Source: Chiloscyllium plagiosum
Taxonomy: Eukaryota
Length of the DNA: 64,000 nucleotides
Direction: 5' to 3'
NCBI RefSeq assembly: GCF_004010195.1
Contig: NC_057718.1
Coordinates: 77,667,145-77,731,144, forward strand
Part shown: positions 47,605-61,074 of the stretch, piece by piece
Layout of the letters: every line of letters starts with the position of its first letter
Position numbering within the stretch: position 1 is the stretch's first letter
Translations under genes and position numbers: made by a program
Notes under the pieces: model-generated
Told to the model about the DNA's origin: nothing
Database searches by the model: none
What the model saw: only the letters and a program-made list of their open reading frames with translations

Positions 47605-50600
47605 CCATATTCCAGCCAGTCTTTGGTCTGTATTCCAGCCGGTCATGGGTCTGTGTTCCAGTCAATCATGGATCGTGTTTCAGTCGGTCATGGGTCTGTG
47701 TTACAGCCAGTCATGGGTCTGTATTCCAGCCGGTCATGGGCCTGTGTTCCAGCCAGTCATGGGTCTGTATTCCAGCCGGTCATGGGCCTGTGTTCCAGTC
47801 AGTCATGGGCCTGTATTCCAGCCGGTCATGGATCTGTATTCCAGCCGGTCATGGATCTGTGTTCCAGCCGGTCATGGGTCTGTGTTCCAGCCAGTCTTGG
47901 GTCTGTGTTGCAGACAGTCTTGGGTCTGTGTTCCAGCTGGTATTGGGTCTGTGTTCCAGATGGTCCAGGGGCTTTGTTCCAGCCAGTTATGGTTCTGTGT
48001 TCAGCCGGTCACTGGTCTGTGTTCCAGCCGGTCATGGGTCTGTGTTCCAGCCAGTCTTGGGTCTGTGTTGCAGACAGTCTTGGGTCTGTGTTCTAGCTAG
48101 TCTTGGGTCTGTGTTCCAGCCGGTCATGGGTCTGTGATCCAGCCGGTCATGGGTCTGTGTTCCAGTCAGTCAGGGGTCTGTATTCCAGTCAGTCATGGGC
48201 CTGTATTCCAGTCGGTCATGGATCTGTGTTCCAGTCAATCATGGATCTGTGTTTCAGCCGGTCATGGGTCTGTGTTCCAGCCGGTCATGGGTCTGTGATC
48301 CAGCCGGTCATGGGTCTGTGTTCCAGTCAGTCATTGGTCTATATTCCAGCCAGTTATGGATCTGTGTTCCAGTCGGTCATGGATCTGTGTTCCAGTCAAT
48401 CATTGATCTGTGTTTCAGTCGGTCATGGGTCTGTGTTTCAGTCGGTCATGGATCTGTGTTCCAGCCGGTCATGGATCTGTGTTCCAGCCGGTCATGGGTC
48501 TGTGTTCCAGTCAATCATGGATCGTGTTTCAGTCGGTCATGGGTCTGTGTTACAGCCAGTCATGGGCCTGTATTCCAGCCGGTCATGGATCTGTATTCCA
48601 GCCGGTCATGGATCTGTGTTCCAGCCGGTCATGGGTCTGTGTTCCAGCCGGTCATGGGTCTGTTTTTAGACGGTCATGGGTCTGTATTCCAGCCGGTCAT
48701 GGGTCTGTGTTCCAGTCGGTCATGGGTCTGTGTTCCAGTCAGTCTTGGGTCTGTGTTCCAGCCAGTCATTGGTCTGTGTTTCAGTTAGCCACGGGTCAGT
48801 GTTCCAATCAGTTTTGGGTCTGTGTTCCAGACAGTCTTGGGTCTGTGTTCCAGCTGGTATTGGGTCTGTGTTCCAGATGGTCCAGGGCCATTGTTCCAGC
48901 CGGTCATGGGTCTGTGTTCAGCTGGTCATTGGTCTGTGTTCCAGCCGGTCATGGGTCTGTGTTCTAGCTAGTCTTGGGTCTGTGTTCCAGCCGGTCATGG
49001 GTCTGTGATCCAACCGGCCATGGGTCAGTGTTTCAGCTAGTCATGGGTCTGTGTTCCAGACAGTCTTGGGTCTGTGTTCCAGCTGGTATTGGGTCTGTGT
49101 TCCAGATGGTCCAGGGCCTTTGTTCCAGCCAGTTATGGTTCTGTGTTCAGCTGGTCATTGGTCTGTGTTCCAGCCGGTCATGGGTCTGTGTTCCAGCCAT
49201 TCTTGGGTCTTTGTTGCAGACAGTCTTGGGTCTGTGTTCCAGCCGGTCATGGGTCTGTGATCCAGCCGGTCATGGGTCTGTGTTTCAGTCAGTCATGGGT
49301 CTATATTCCAGCCAGTCGTGGATCTGTGTTCCAGCCGGTCATGGGTCTGTGTTCCAGTCAATCATGAATCGTGTTTCAGTCGGTCATGGGTCTGTATTCC
49401 AGTCAGTCATGGGTCTGTATTCCAGTTGGTCATGGATCTGTGTTCCAGTCAATCATGGATCTGTGTTTCAGTCGGTCATGGGTCTGTGTTTCAGTCGGTC
49501 ATGGGTCTGTGTTCCAGTCAATCATGGATCGTGTTTCAGTCGGTCATGGGTCTGTATTCCAGCCAGTCATGGATCTGTGTTCCAGCCGGTCATGGATCTG
49601 TATTCCAGCCGGTCATGGGTCTGTGTTCCAGCCAGTCATGGGTCTGTGTTCCAGTCGGTCATGGATCTGTGTTCCAGCCAGTCATGGGTCTATATTCCAG
49701 CCGGACATGGACCTTTGTTCCAGTCAGTCATGGGCCTGTATTCCAGTCGGTCATGGATCTCTGTTCCAGCAGGTTATGGATCTGTGTTCCAGCCAGTCAT
49801 AGGTCTGTATTCCAGCCGGTCATGGGTCTGTATTCCAGCCGGTCATGGGCCTGTGTTCCAGCCAGTCATGGGTCTGTGTTCCAGTCGGTCATGGATCTGT
49901 GTTCCAGCAAGTTATGGATCTGTGTTCCAGCCAGTCATGGGTCTGTATTCCAGCCGGTCATGGGCCTGTGTTCCAGTCAGTCATGGGCCTGTATTCCAGC
50001 CGGTCATGGATCTGTATTCCAGCCGGTCATGGATCTGTGTTCCAGCCGGTCATGGGTCTGTGTTCCAGCCGGTTATGGGTCTGTATTCCAGTCAGTCATG
50101 GGCCTGTATTCCAGTCGGTCATGGGTCTGTGTTCCAGCCGGTCATGGATCTGTATTCCAGCCGGTCATGGATCTGTATTCCAGCCGGTCATGGATCTGTA
50201 TTCCAGCCGGTCATGGATCTGTATTCCAGCCGGTCATGGATCTGTATTCCAGCCGGTCATGGGTCTGTGTTCCAGTCAATCATGGATCGTGTTTCAGTCG
50301 GTCATGGGTCTGTATTCCAGTCAGTCATGGGCCTGTATTCCAGTCGGTCATGGATCTGTGTTCCAGTCGGTCATGGGTCTGTGTTCCAGTCAGTCTTGGG
50401 TCTGTGTTCCAGCCAGTCATTGTTCTGTGTTTCAGCTAGCCACGGGTCAGTGTTCCAATCAGTTTTGGGTCTGTGTTCCAGACAGTCTTGGGTCTGTGTT
50501 CCAGCTGGTATTGGGTCTGTGTTCCAGATGGTCCAGGGCCTTTGTTCCAGCCAGTTATGGTTCTGTGTTCAGCCAGTCATGGATCTGTGTTCCAGCCGGT

Positions 50601-52880
50601 CATGGGTCTGTTTTCCAGCCGGTCATGGGCCTGTATTCCAGCCAGTCACGGATCTGTGTTCCAGCCGGTCATGGGTCTGTGTTCCAGTCAATCATGGATC
50701 TGTGTTCCAGTCGGTCATGGGCCTGTATTCCAGTCAGTCATGGGCCTGTATTCCAGTCGGTCATGGATCTGTGTTCCAGTCGGTCATGGGTCTGTGTTCC
50801 AGTCGGTCTTGGGTCTGTGTTCCAGCCAGTCATTGTTCTGTGTTTCAGCTAGCCACGGGTCAGTGTTCCAATCAGTTTTGGGTCTGTGTTCCAGACAGTC
50901 TTGGGTCTGTGTTCCAGCTGGTATTGGGTCTGTGTTCCAGATGGTCCAGGGCCTTTGTTCCAGCCAGTTATGGTTCTGTGTTCAGCTGGTCATTGGTCTG
51001 TGTTCCAGCCGGTCATGGGTCTGTGTTCCAGCCAGTCTTGGGTCTGTGTTGCAGACAGTCTTGGGTCTGTGTTCTAGCTAGCCTTGGGTCTGTGTTCCAG
51101 CATGTATTGGGTCTGTGTTCCAGATGGTCCAGGGCCTTTGTTCCAGCCAGTTATGGTTCTGTATTCAGCTGGTCATTGGTCTGTGTTCCAGCCGGTCATG
51201 GGTCTGTGTTCCAGCCAGTCTTGGGTCTGTGTTGCAGACAGTCTTGGGTCTGTGTTCTAGCTAGTCTTGGGTCTGTGTTCCAGCTGGTATTGGGTCTGTG
51301 TTCCAGATGGTCCAGGGGCTTTGTTCCAGCTAGTTATGGTTCTGTGTTCAGCTGGTCATTGGTCTGTGTTCCAGCCGGTCATGGGTCTGTGTTCCAGCCA
51401 GTCTTGGGTCTGTGTTGCAGACAGTCTTGGGCATGTGTTCTAGCTAGCCTTGGGTCTGTGTTCCAGCTGGTATTGGGTCTGTGTTCCAGATGGTCCAGGG
51501 CCTTTGTTCCAGCCAGTTATGGTTCTGTGTTCAGCTGGTCATTGGTCTGTGTTCCAGCCGGTCATGGGTCTGTGTTCCAGCCAGTCTTGGGTCTGTGTTG
51601 CAGACAGTCTTGGGCATGTGTTCTAGCTAGTCTTGGGTCTGTGATCCAGCCGGTCATGGGTCTGTGTTCCAGTCAGTCATGGGTCTATATTCCAGCCAGT
51701 CATGGATCTGTGTTCCAGCCGGTCATGGGTCTGTTTTCCAGCCGGTCATGGGCCTGTATTCCAGCCGGTCACGGATCTGTGTTCCAGCTGGTCATGGGTC
51801 TGTATTCCAGTCAATCATGGGTCATGTTTCAGTCGGTCATGGGTCTGTATTCCAGTCAGTCATGGACCTGTATTCCAGTCGGTCATGGATCTGTGTTCCA
51901 TTCGGTCATGGGCCTGTATTCCAGTCAGTCATGGGCCTGTATTCCAGTCGGTCATGGATCTGTGTTCCAGTCGGTCATGGGTCTGTATTCCAGTCAGTCA
52001 TGGGCCTGTATTCCAGTCAGTCATGGATCTGTGTTCCGGCAAGTTATGGATCTGTGTTCCAGCCAGTCATGGGTCTGTATTCCAGCCGGTCATGGATCTG
52101 TATTCCAGCCGGTCATGGATCTGTATTCCAGTCAATCATGGATCTGTGTTCCAGCCGGTCATGGGTCTGTGTTCCAGACAGTCATAGGTCTGTATTCCAG
52201 CCGGTAATGGGTCTATTTTCTAGCCGGTCATGGGTCTGTGTTCCAGCCGGTCATGGGTCTGTATTCCAGTCGGTCATGGGTCTGTGTTCCAGCCGGTCAT
52301 GGGTCTGTGTTCCAGTCAGTCATAGGTCTGTATTCCAGCCGGTCATGGGTCTGTTTTCTAGCCGGTCATGGGTCTGTGTTCCAGCCGGTCATGGGTCTGT
52401 ATTCCAGTCGGTCATGGATCTGTGTTCCAGCCAGTTATGGGTCTGTGTTCCAGTCAGTCATGGGTCCGTAATTCAGTCGGTCATGGATCTATAATCCAGC
52501 TGGTCATGGGTCTATGTTCCACAGGTCATGGCTCTATGTTCCAGCCGGTCATGGATCTGTGTTCCATCCGGTCACGGGTCTGTGTTCCAACCAGTCTTGG
52601 GTCTATGTTCCAGCCATTCTGGCGCCGTGTTCCGACCAGTCTTAGGGTTGTGTTCCAGTCAGTATTGGGGTTATGTTCCCGCCAGTATTGGTTCTGTGTT
52701 CCGACCAGTCTTGGGGCTGTGTTCCGACCAGTCTTGGGGCTGTGTTCCAGCCAGTATTGGGTCTGTGTTCCAGCCAGTCATGGGGCTGTGTTTCAGCCAG
52801 TCATGTGTCTGTGTTCTAGCCAGCTATGGGTCTGTGTTCCAACCGGTTATGGGTCTGTGTTCCAGTCAGTCCTGGGTCTA
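47605..52880. repeat. Large minisatellite, 23-bp unit, about 230 copies, with higher-order structure
   Basis: Unit ccagccggtcatgg(g/a)tctgt(g/a)tt; ORF translations show a 23-aa period. Confidence 0.98.
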
Positions 52881-53244
52881 AGCTAATGTCAGATGAGGTT
52901 GGAGTGGGTTGTTCCTTGGTCTGCTGTCAACCCAAAGTTAGGCAAGCTTTGTCCAGGGCTTTTCTATTCTGAGCCTGCGCATGTATGAGTTTAATCTAGA
53001 GTCTGATGAGGCAGAGGAAATGGTTACAAAGATAGGGGCAATTGGGTGGTCAGCCTAGAATTAGAAGCTGAGACTGGGAATGGTCAAGGATCATTGAGGT
53101 GGAGTTCCCCTCAATCTTGGGGGAGGGAGAGGGCAGAGATGGTGGAGGCACAGAAAGCCAGGAGAGGGGAGGGGCAGGAGTATTTTACAAAATTCAATGT
53201 TGGTTATATGGTCACCATTAGGCTAGCTTTCTATCTGAGACTTT

Positions 53245-53365
53245 TTAAAATTTAATTCAAGCTTCACCTTTCATCATAATGAGGTTCAAACCCATAACTC
53301 CAGAACATTAGCAAGGAGCTCTGGATTAGTAGTCCAATGACATGATGATTGGACTACCACCTCCT
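53245..53365 (-). mobile_element. tRNA-derived SINE head, degenerate
   Basis: Minus strand ggactactaatccagag...atgggtttgaacc. Confidence 0.5.
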
Positions 53366-53409
53366 CATGTACTCAGAGGAAGCCCTCTTCTGAATAGTAC
53401 CACGTAATC

Positions 53410-54700
53410 ACAAAACTGTAATGGTGCAGAAGAACGCCATTCTGCCCATTCAGTCTGTATTGGCTCCATGTGCATTTTAAATTACTGCCAAGCTCCTGTT
53501 TTTTTTCCCCCTATAACCATGGACATTTCCCCTTTAAATAATCATCCAATTCCCTCTTGAAGGATCAGTTGAAACTGCCTTCACCACATTTCCAGGCAGT
53601 GCAATCCAAATCTGGACCATGAAAAACTTTATCTTCCATTGGATTTCCTACTTTACAAAACACATTGAAACTGTTCCCTTTGGTTCTCAATCTATTCACA
53701 AACTGGAACACTTTTTCTCCCTATCCAGATCCTTAATGACTTTAAAAGCTTCTATCAAATTTTCCCTCCACCTTTTCCATTCAAAGGAAATCAATCCCAA
53801 CTGCTCCAAACCTTCCTCATAATTAACATACTCACTTCCTTTCCAATGTGTGGTATCTAGAATTGTGCACAATATTTCAGCTGAAGTCTACCCAGTGTAT
53901 TATATAAGTTTATCATAACTCCGTAATGAAGCACAAATCTCTGTTTGCTTCTTGAGCAGGTTTTTACCTGTCCTACCACCATTAACGATTAATATATGTA
54001 TATACCCAAGTCTCTCAGCTCCTGACACTCTTTAGAATTGTACCTTTTATTTTATACTTTAATTTCATGTTCTTTGGATCAAAGTGTAGTACCTCATACA
54101 TCCCTGCACTGAACTTGATCTGCCACATATCCACCCACCCCATTAATTTGTCAACGTTCTTTTGAAGCTTTACGCTGTCCTCCTCACAGTTCCGAATTCT
54201 TTAACTTAAGTGTCATCAGCAAAACTTGAAATTGTCCCCTGCACACAAAGATCTGGATCATTTAATATATATCAACAAAAGGTTCCATCATAAGCAATGG
54301 TTTCATTACTGACCCCTAGCATATTCACCATGAGCATTTTCCCAGACCAAATAACTATCCGTAGACCATTAGTCTGTTTCCTACCATTCATTCAATTTTG
54401 TATCTGCATTACTACAGTCTCTTTTATTTGATTACCTATCATTGTATCACAGGCCTGTTTTGTGATATTGTATTAGAAACCTTTTGGAAGGCCAGGTACA
54501 CCACATCAACAACCTTGTCCTTATCAACCCTCTCTGTTAACTCTTCAAAACCTCTAACAAGCTAGTCAGACATGATTTTCCCTTAACAAATCCATGCTGA
54601 CTCTTCTGAATCAACTCACATTTTCCATGGGACAAATTGTTTGATCCAAAATAATTGTTGCAGGATGTTTTCCCATCATTGAAGAGTCCAGGAATTTTCC
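53410..54700 (-). mobile_element. Old CR1 ORF2 fragment
   Basis: SQHGFVKGKSCLTSLLE in ORF 54537-54788; downstream FADD-like and tail sequence. Confidence 0.8.
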
Positions 54701-54959
54701 TGGCTTGCAGGAAACAAAGAGATGTCTGGATGACCTTTAAAATATTGCACCCAACCTTTGATCCTGCAAGCTCCCAGTAGGGGCCCATTTTTCTGTCTGC
54801 GTGTCACATGTGATTCACCTTTTAACTCACACTCCAAGTTGCTTGCCTATAAGGCAAAAAGAAAAGCAAATAATTTGTGAAAAACCTACCACTTGCCACA
54901 ATATAGTTGGTACCACTAAGACATCCACCACCATACTTCAACTCAAAGTATGGCTATTC

Positions 54960-55780
54960 TCAGCTATTGTAAACAGTCCAACCAGGGAAAAGGCTATACT
55001 GGACCTGGTCTTTGGAAAGGAACCCAGCCAGGTGAGTGAGGTTTCGATGGGGGAGCATTTTTGAAGTAGTGACCATAATATTGTGAGTTTTAAGATACTC
55101 ATGGATAGGAATGATAGTACTCCTCAGGTGAAGGTGTTAAACTGGGAGAAGGCAAACAACAACAATATTAGGCTGGAACTAGAGAATTTTGATTGGAGGC
55201 AGCTGTTTGAGGGTAAATCTCCATCAGACATGTATGAGCCTTTCAAAAGGCTGTTGGTAAGAGTTCAGGAGTGTTACGTTCCTGAGAGAATGAAGGAAAG
55301 GTATGGCAAGTTATGTGGACCTTGAATGACCAGGCAGGTTATGACCTTGGTCAGAAAGAAAAAGGAAGCATAAATAAGGTCTAGGAAGATGGGAACTGAT
55401 GAAGCCCTTGAAGTATATATGGAAAGTAAGAACTTAAACAAGGACTTAGAAGGGCTAAAATGGATCATGAAAAGTCATTAGCAAACATGATTAAGGAGAA
55501 TCCCATGGCTCTTTACACATATATAAAAAGCAAGAGTGTAGCCAAGAGAAGGTTTGGCCACTCAAGGGCAAAGGAGGGAATTTATTTGTAGATCCAGAAG
55601 AGCTAGGTGAGGTCCTAAACAAATAATTTGCATCAGTATTCACTAAAGAGAAGGAATTGGTGGAGGGTGATCTCTGGGAAGGGAGTGTCGAGTTTTTAAG
55701 CCAAGTTGCTATTAAAAAAGAAATGGTGTTGTGCATCTTAAAATGTATTAAGGTGGATAAGTCCCCAGGGCCTGATGGGA
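54960..55780 (+). mobile_element. CR1 ORF2 endonuclease-linker fragment
   Basis: PTREKAILDLV, SDHN (agtgaccataat), DKSPGPDG. Confidence 0.85.
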
Positions 55781-56714
55781 TTAGCAGAAGGTGGAGGCAG
55801 CAGCGTCACATGCCCACAGTTCACTGACAGAACTTGTGAAGATCCAAATGAGAACAATGAAAGGAGACCTACTGGGAATTTTGAGATACAGTCCCAACTT
55901 GTTTCCTACCCTGGAAGGAAATACTTGCCCCCAATATTATAACTATTTTCCTGTAAGGACATGCCCAAGGGTATGATCTGACAAAATTTGATACTGAGCT
56001 AAAGAAAAATATGTGAGAATAATTGATCGAAAGCTTGGTAAGGGAGGGGACTCCAAGAAGGGTGGTGCAGAGGTATAGGAAGGGATTCACAGAGGGTGAA
56101 GGCACAAGTTTTTGTGACTTCACTAGTTTTTAACAGGGAGAATTGACGCAGAAACTGCTATTTTGCTTATATTGAAAAAAATGCAAACTTGTACAAGCTG
56201 AGGTTACAGATCAGCAAAGCAGAAATGTAGTTATGTGAATTCACAACAGCTGAGGATGAGTTCTCTTTGTGTTTGTTTCAGATTAGATACATCTTGTAAT
56301 TTGTTTCTTTTGACTGTCAATCACAGAACTGTTACATTGTTGAAGCAGGCCATGCAGCCCATCATGTTTCTCCCAGCTCCCTGAATGAGCATTGCGTTAG
56401 AGAAGGGATTTATGTAAGAATAAGCAGCATTTATCTAAGTGGACTTTCTTTGTGCAGTTAGCAATAAACCTAATAAAAGTTTGCATTATTTTAAAATCAT
56501 CCAGACGTAGCTATTTTACATTAATGTAAAACAACCTTAGGGTAATAAAGATGTTTATTTTAGGTTGTCACAATAATAATTATCCTGGAGTACATTGACA
56601 TAAATGATTATTAGAGTGTAGACAGCAAGTTAACAGGGGAGATGATTTTCTTCAAGACATGACACAAAACTGTCAACTCACATCTTCATCCAAAAGATGT
56701 ATTTAGAAAGGATT

Positions 56715-57950
56715 AGGGATAGTTAGCATGGCTTTATGCATGGAAAATCATGTCTCACGAACTTGATTGAGTTTTTTGAAGAAGCAACAAAGAGGATTGA
56801 TGAGGGCAGAGTGATAGACATGATCTATATGGACTTCAGTAAGGTTCAATCTCCTCATGGTAGACTGGTTAGCAAGGTTAGATCTCATGAATGCAGGGAG
56901 AAATAGCCATTTGAATACAGAACTGGCTCGAAGAGAGAAGACGGAGTGTGGTGATGGAGGGCTAGAGGCCTATGACCAGTGGTGTGCTGCAAGGCTCGGT
57001 GCTGGGTCCACTGCGTTTCGTCATTTATATAAATGAATTGGATGTGAATATCAGAGGTATAGTTAGTAGGTTTGCTTTGATACCAAAATTGGATGTGTAG
57101 TGGACAGCCAAGGAGGTTACCTCAGAGTACAACAGGATCTTGATCGGATGAGCCAATAGGCTGAGGAGTGGCAGATGGAACTTAATTTAGATAAATGTGA
57201 GCTGCTGCATGTTGGAAAAGCAAATCATGGCAGGACTTATACACTTAATAGTAAGGACCTGGGGACTGTTGCTGAACAAAGAGACCTTGGAGTGTAGGTT
57301 CATAGCTCCTTGAAAGTAGAGCTGCAGCTAGGTTGGTTAGTGAAGAAGGCGTTTGGTATGCTTTCCTTTAGTGGGGTTGGGAGATGATGTTGTGGCTGTT
57401 AGGCCACTGTTGGTATATTGATTGCAATTCTGGTCTCCTTTGTATCGGAAGGATGTTGTGAAACTTGAAAGGGTTCAGAAAAGATTTACAAGAATTTTGC
57501 CAGGTTGGAGGATTTGAGCTATAGGGAGAGACTGAATAGGCTGGGGCTGTTTTCCCTGGAGTGTCGGAGGCTAAGGGATGACCTTGTAGAGGTTTATAAA
57601 ATCACGAGGGTCCTGGATAGGATAAATAGTTAAGGTCTTTTCCCTGGGGTGGGTGAATGCAGAACTACAGATCATAGGCTTAGGGTGAGAGGGGAAAGAT
57701 ATAAAAGGAACCTAAGGGGCAATATTTTTGCATAGAGGGTGGTGCATGTATGGAATGAGCTGCCAGAGGAAGTAGTGGAGGCTGGTATAATTACAGTATT
57801 TAAAAGGCATCTGGATGGATATATAAGTTGGAATGGTTGAGAGGGATATGGGCCATGTGCTGGCAAATGGGACTAGATTAGGTTAGGATATCTGATGAGT
57901 TGGACCGAAGGGTCTGTTTCCGTGCTGTCCATCTCTATGACGCTATGACT
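56715..57950 (+). mobile_element. CR1 LINE RT region to 3' tail
   Basis: Degenerate HGF, SCLTNLIEFF, QGSVLGP motifs; ctctatgacgctatgac tail. Confidence 0.92.
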
Positions 57951-59189
57951 ACATCTGGCAATGCCACAAATGCTTATTTTATAATGATTGCATTTCTACA
58001 GCTCTTGAAAGAAGTCACCTTCAATTTACTAAAATTACAGATGTGTTATTATGTTACTTTCATATAAAGTGCACCAGACTGCCACTTCGGTCCCCAGTTT
58101 TAACCAAGGGTAAGCAGTCAGGAAGTCCTCATAACATGGCCTCAACAAATTCGTTCTCGTTCCAAAAAGAAAAGTCACCGTCTAAAGTCAAGACAAGTAT
58201 GAAATATGGTAATAAGCAACAAAATTTGAAATAAATAGCAAAAATTGAAATTGACAACACAATTTTAATCATTATGAGTTGTAGAGAGCCATTTTTGTTA
58301 GGCATCATTGGACGCTGTGACATGGTAATATTCAGCGTGGAAATGGCAACTTCCCGCAATATCTTTCAGGGTATGTCGTTATTACACTGGAATCTCATTT
58401 GGACAATGAAATTTGAAAATCTTTCAACCTGAACTTGATCTTTGAAAGGCTGATCTAATTTAACAATTGTGTCTTACTTCGATAAAGTGTCAAGCCTTAT
58501 CATAAACCTTTAGACTCTTAAAGCAAATGCAATGAGTAAATTAGAATCATTGGGAAACCAAACTCAATGAGTAAAATCTTATTGAGCAGTCTTGAGTAGG
58601 AAATGTAAGCTTTGTCATGGCTCCTTAACTCAGACATTTCATTTATTGCCCATTTCCAGGGTCCCCAGAAACATTCACAAAGGAACACCAGACACATTCC
58701 AAGGATGGCAGGACTCTCCTATAAGAGAGGTTGGGCAAACTGGACCCTCACCCTCTACCGTGTCGAAGAATGAGAGGTGATCTCATTTAAACCTACAAAA
58801 TACTTAAAGAAATTGACAGGGTAGATACAGCTTAGACATTTTTCTAATTGGGGAGTATAATATCAAGGTTATAACTTAAAAATAAGGGAGATGCCTTTAG
58901 GACCGAAATGAGGAGATTTGTTTTGACTTAGGTAGTGAAACATTGCATCATATACAATTTATGACTTTATGGTGCATGGGTCAGTTAGACAAGGAGGGCC
59001 ATAAAAATGATTCATCTCAGCACTGTGACATTGAACCCTATGCCAATGAATGTGGCACAGTCATGTAACAAAAAGATATTAAGCAAGTGTCAGTGCTGCA
59101 TGAGTACTAAGCCCTTCTCCTCCCAGACCTATATCACTCAGGGAAGGCACCACTGCATATAAGAGGGTTTTGCATTATATTTACAATTC

Positions 59190-59382
59190 AGCTCAGTCGG
59201 TCTGGCAGCATCTGTGAAGAGAGATCAAAGTTAACGTTTTCGGTTCAGTTCTGAGGAAGGGTCACCGGACTTCAAACATTAACTCTGATTTCTCTTCACA
59301 GATGCTGCCAGACCTGCTGAGCTTTTCCAGCAACTGCTGTTTTTGTTTCTGATTTATAGCACCCACAGTTCTTTCAGATTTT
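59190..59382. mobile_element. Palindromic PLE-derived short element
   Basis: ggtctggcagcatctgtgaagag / ctcttcacagatgctgccagacc inverted arms; decayed ctgagga core at 59251. Confidence 0.75.
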
Positions 59383-60289
59383 ATGATGATTTGTTCATGA
59401 ATGCTTTCAACCTGTGCTCTGCCTGTGATGTAATTGCCCCTTTGAAGAGCCTTCTGTTTCTCAGAAATGGAGTCCACACTTTTGATGAGCAAACAAACAA
59501 ACTCTACCACTCCAGGCAAGATCACAGCCATTTCCATTTGAGGGTACCATTTAGCACTCGACAATTCGTGGAAGGCAATGCAGTTTGCATTCGACATTGT
59601 GAGTACCAAGCTCAGCCTGGTCATCCCATCTGGTCCTCCAAGTGCCTTTCTACACGGGAGTCAGTGGACAGCCCATATTTCCTGAACACCCACTTGTTCT
59701 CAGTCACCACCTTGAACTGAGACTTCAATTCTCATCCTTACCCCTTCAGCACCATCACTGTGGTTTGGTCATTCCACCATTATGCTCCACAGTTCCCCTG
59801 TCGAAGCCATGGTAGTTTTGCCTACCTATCACCCAACATTCCCTCAAATTATTCCCACTGTGGTGCAGAAGTCTGAGGTCCATGCTCCCACTGTAGTCCT
59901 CTGAAAATGGAAGTAAATGCCATGAACTGAGTCAGCCGTCAATTGGCACGAGTGAAACATACAAACCATTGCATGGCCATGTGCAGCTTAAAACGAACAT
60001 TGTCCAACAACTACCCCCCCCACCGTATCCCATGTCCTCTCATTCACTACTGTCTCCCCCTTTATATGTCAAATTTCTCCCTTTCACTGCCTTTGTATCC
60101 TCTGCCTTCAAGGCTGCTGCCTCCAGCCCCCTACTGTTGTGTCTCCCAAGGTCCTACTTTCCCGGGACTTTAGGCTCCATCAGATTACTTCTCTGCTTGC
60201 TCCAGTTGTGCAAGGGATAGCAAGTGGGATTATGTACAGTAGACTGCAAGCCTTCACCAGACTGATCCAATCATCACAATCTCACTTTC

Positions 60290-60848
60290 AGGAAAATTGA
60301 AGGGATTGAAGGTGGATAAATCCCCAGGGCCCCAGAGTTCTTAAAGAAGTGGCTCTAAAAATAATGGAGGGCAATGCAGATTACATTGGTGGTCATCTTC
60401 CAAGAACCTACTGACTCTGGAAGAATGTCTGCAGGTTGAAGGGGAGCTAATGTTACACTAATATTCAGAAAGGGAGGTAGAGAGAAATCAGGGTAGATAC
60501 AGAGAAGATGTTCCCATTGGTGAGTGCGTCCAGAACCAGAGGTTACAGTTTGAGGATTTGGGATGGACCATTTAGGATGAGATAAGGAAACATTTCTTCA
60601 CCCAAAGAGTGGTGAGCCTGTGGAATTTATTACACAGAAAGTATTTGATGCCAAAGCATTGAATGTATTCAAGGGGCAGCTAGATATATCTTTGGGGCAA
60701 ATGGGACCAAAGATTATGGGGAGAAAGCAGGATTAGGCTATTGAGTTGGATGATCAGCTATAATCGTGATGAATAGCAGAACAGGCTTGAAGAGCCAAAT
60801 GGCCTCCTCCTGCTCCTATCTTTTATGATTCTATGTTTCAATGTTTCT
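60290..60848 (+). mobile_element. CR1 fragments
   Basis: DKSPGP-like piece joined to a 3' tail of a second CR1 family. Confidence 0.75.
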
Positions 60849-61074
60849 AAGAGTCTCCCCAACTACCAATCCATGTCATTCAGTCCGCTGACTCTCCCCC
60901 AAACTCTGCCTGCTTCAACCAACTTGGACAGAGACGCCCCAATAATGATGACCAGAACCCTGACTGATTTGCATGCATTTCCTCAACAAGACAACCCACT
61001 AATCCCCTGACTGGCTGCACTAGACATGCACGACTGATTGTGGCCCACTCCCCGGACTAGGGAGTCTCCCTGCT

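Noticed and set aside
48974..52207. 1077-aa ORF and overlapping ORFs
   Set aside because: Read-through of a stop-free 23-bp unit; all three frames give the same periodic peptide
19748..52880. CRISPR-like appearance of the 28-bp and 23-bp repeats
   Set aside because: Units are directly adjacent with no unique spacers, there are no cas genes, and the context is eukaryotic
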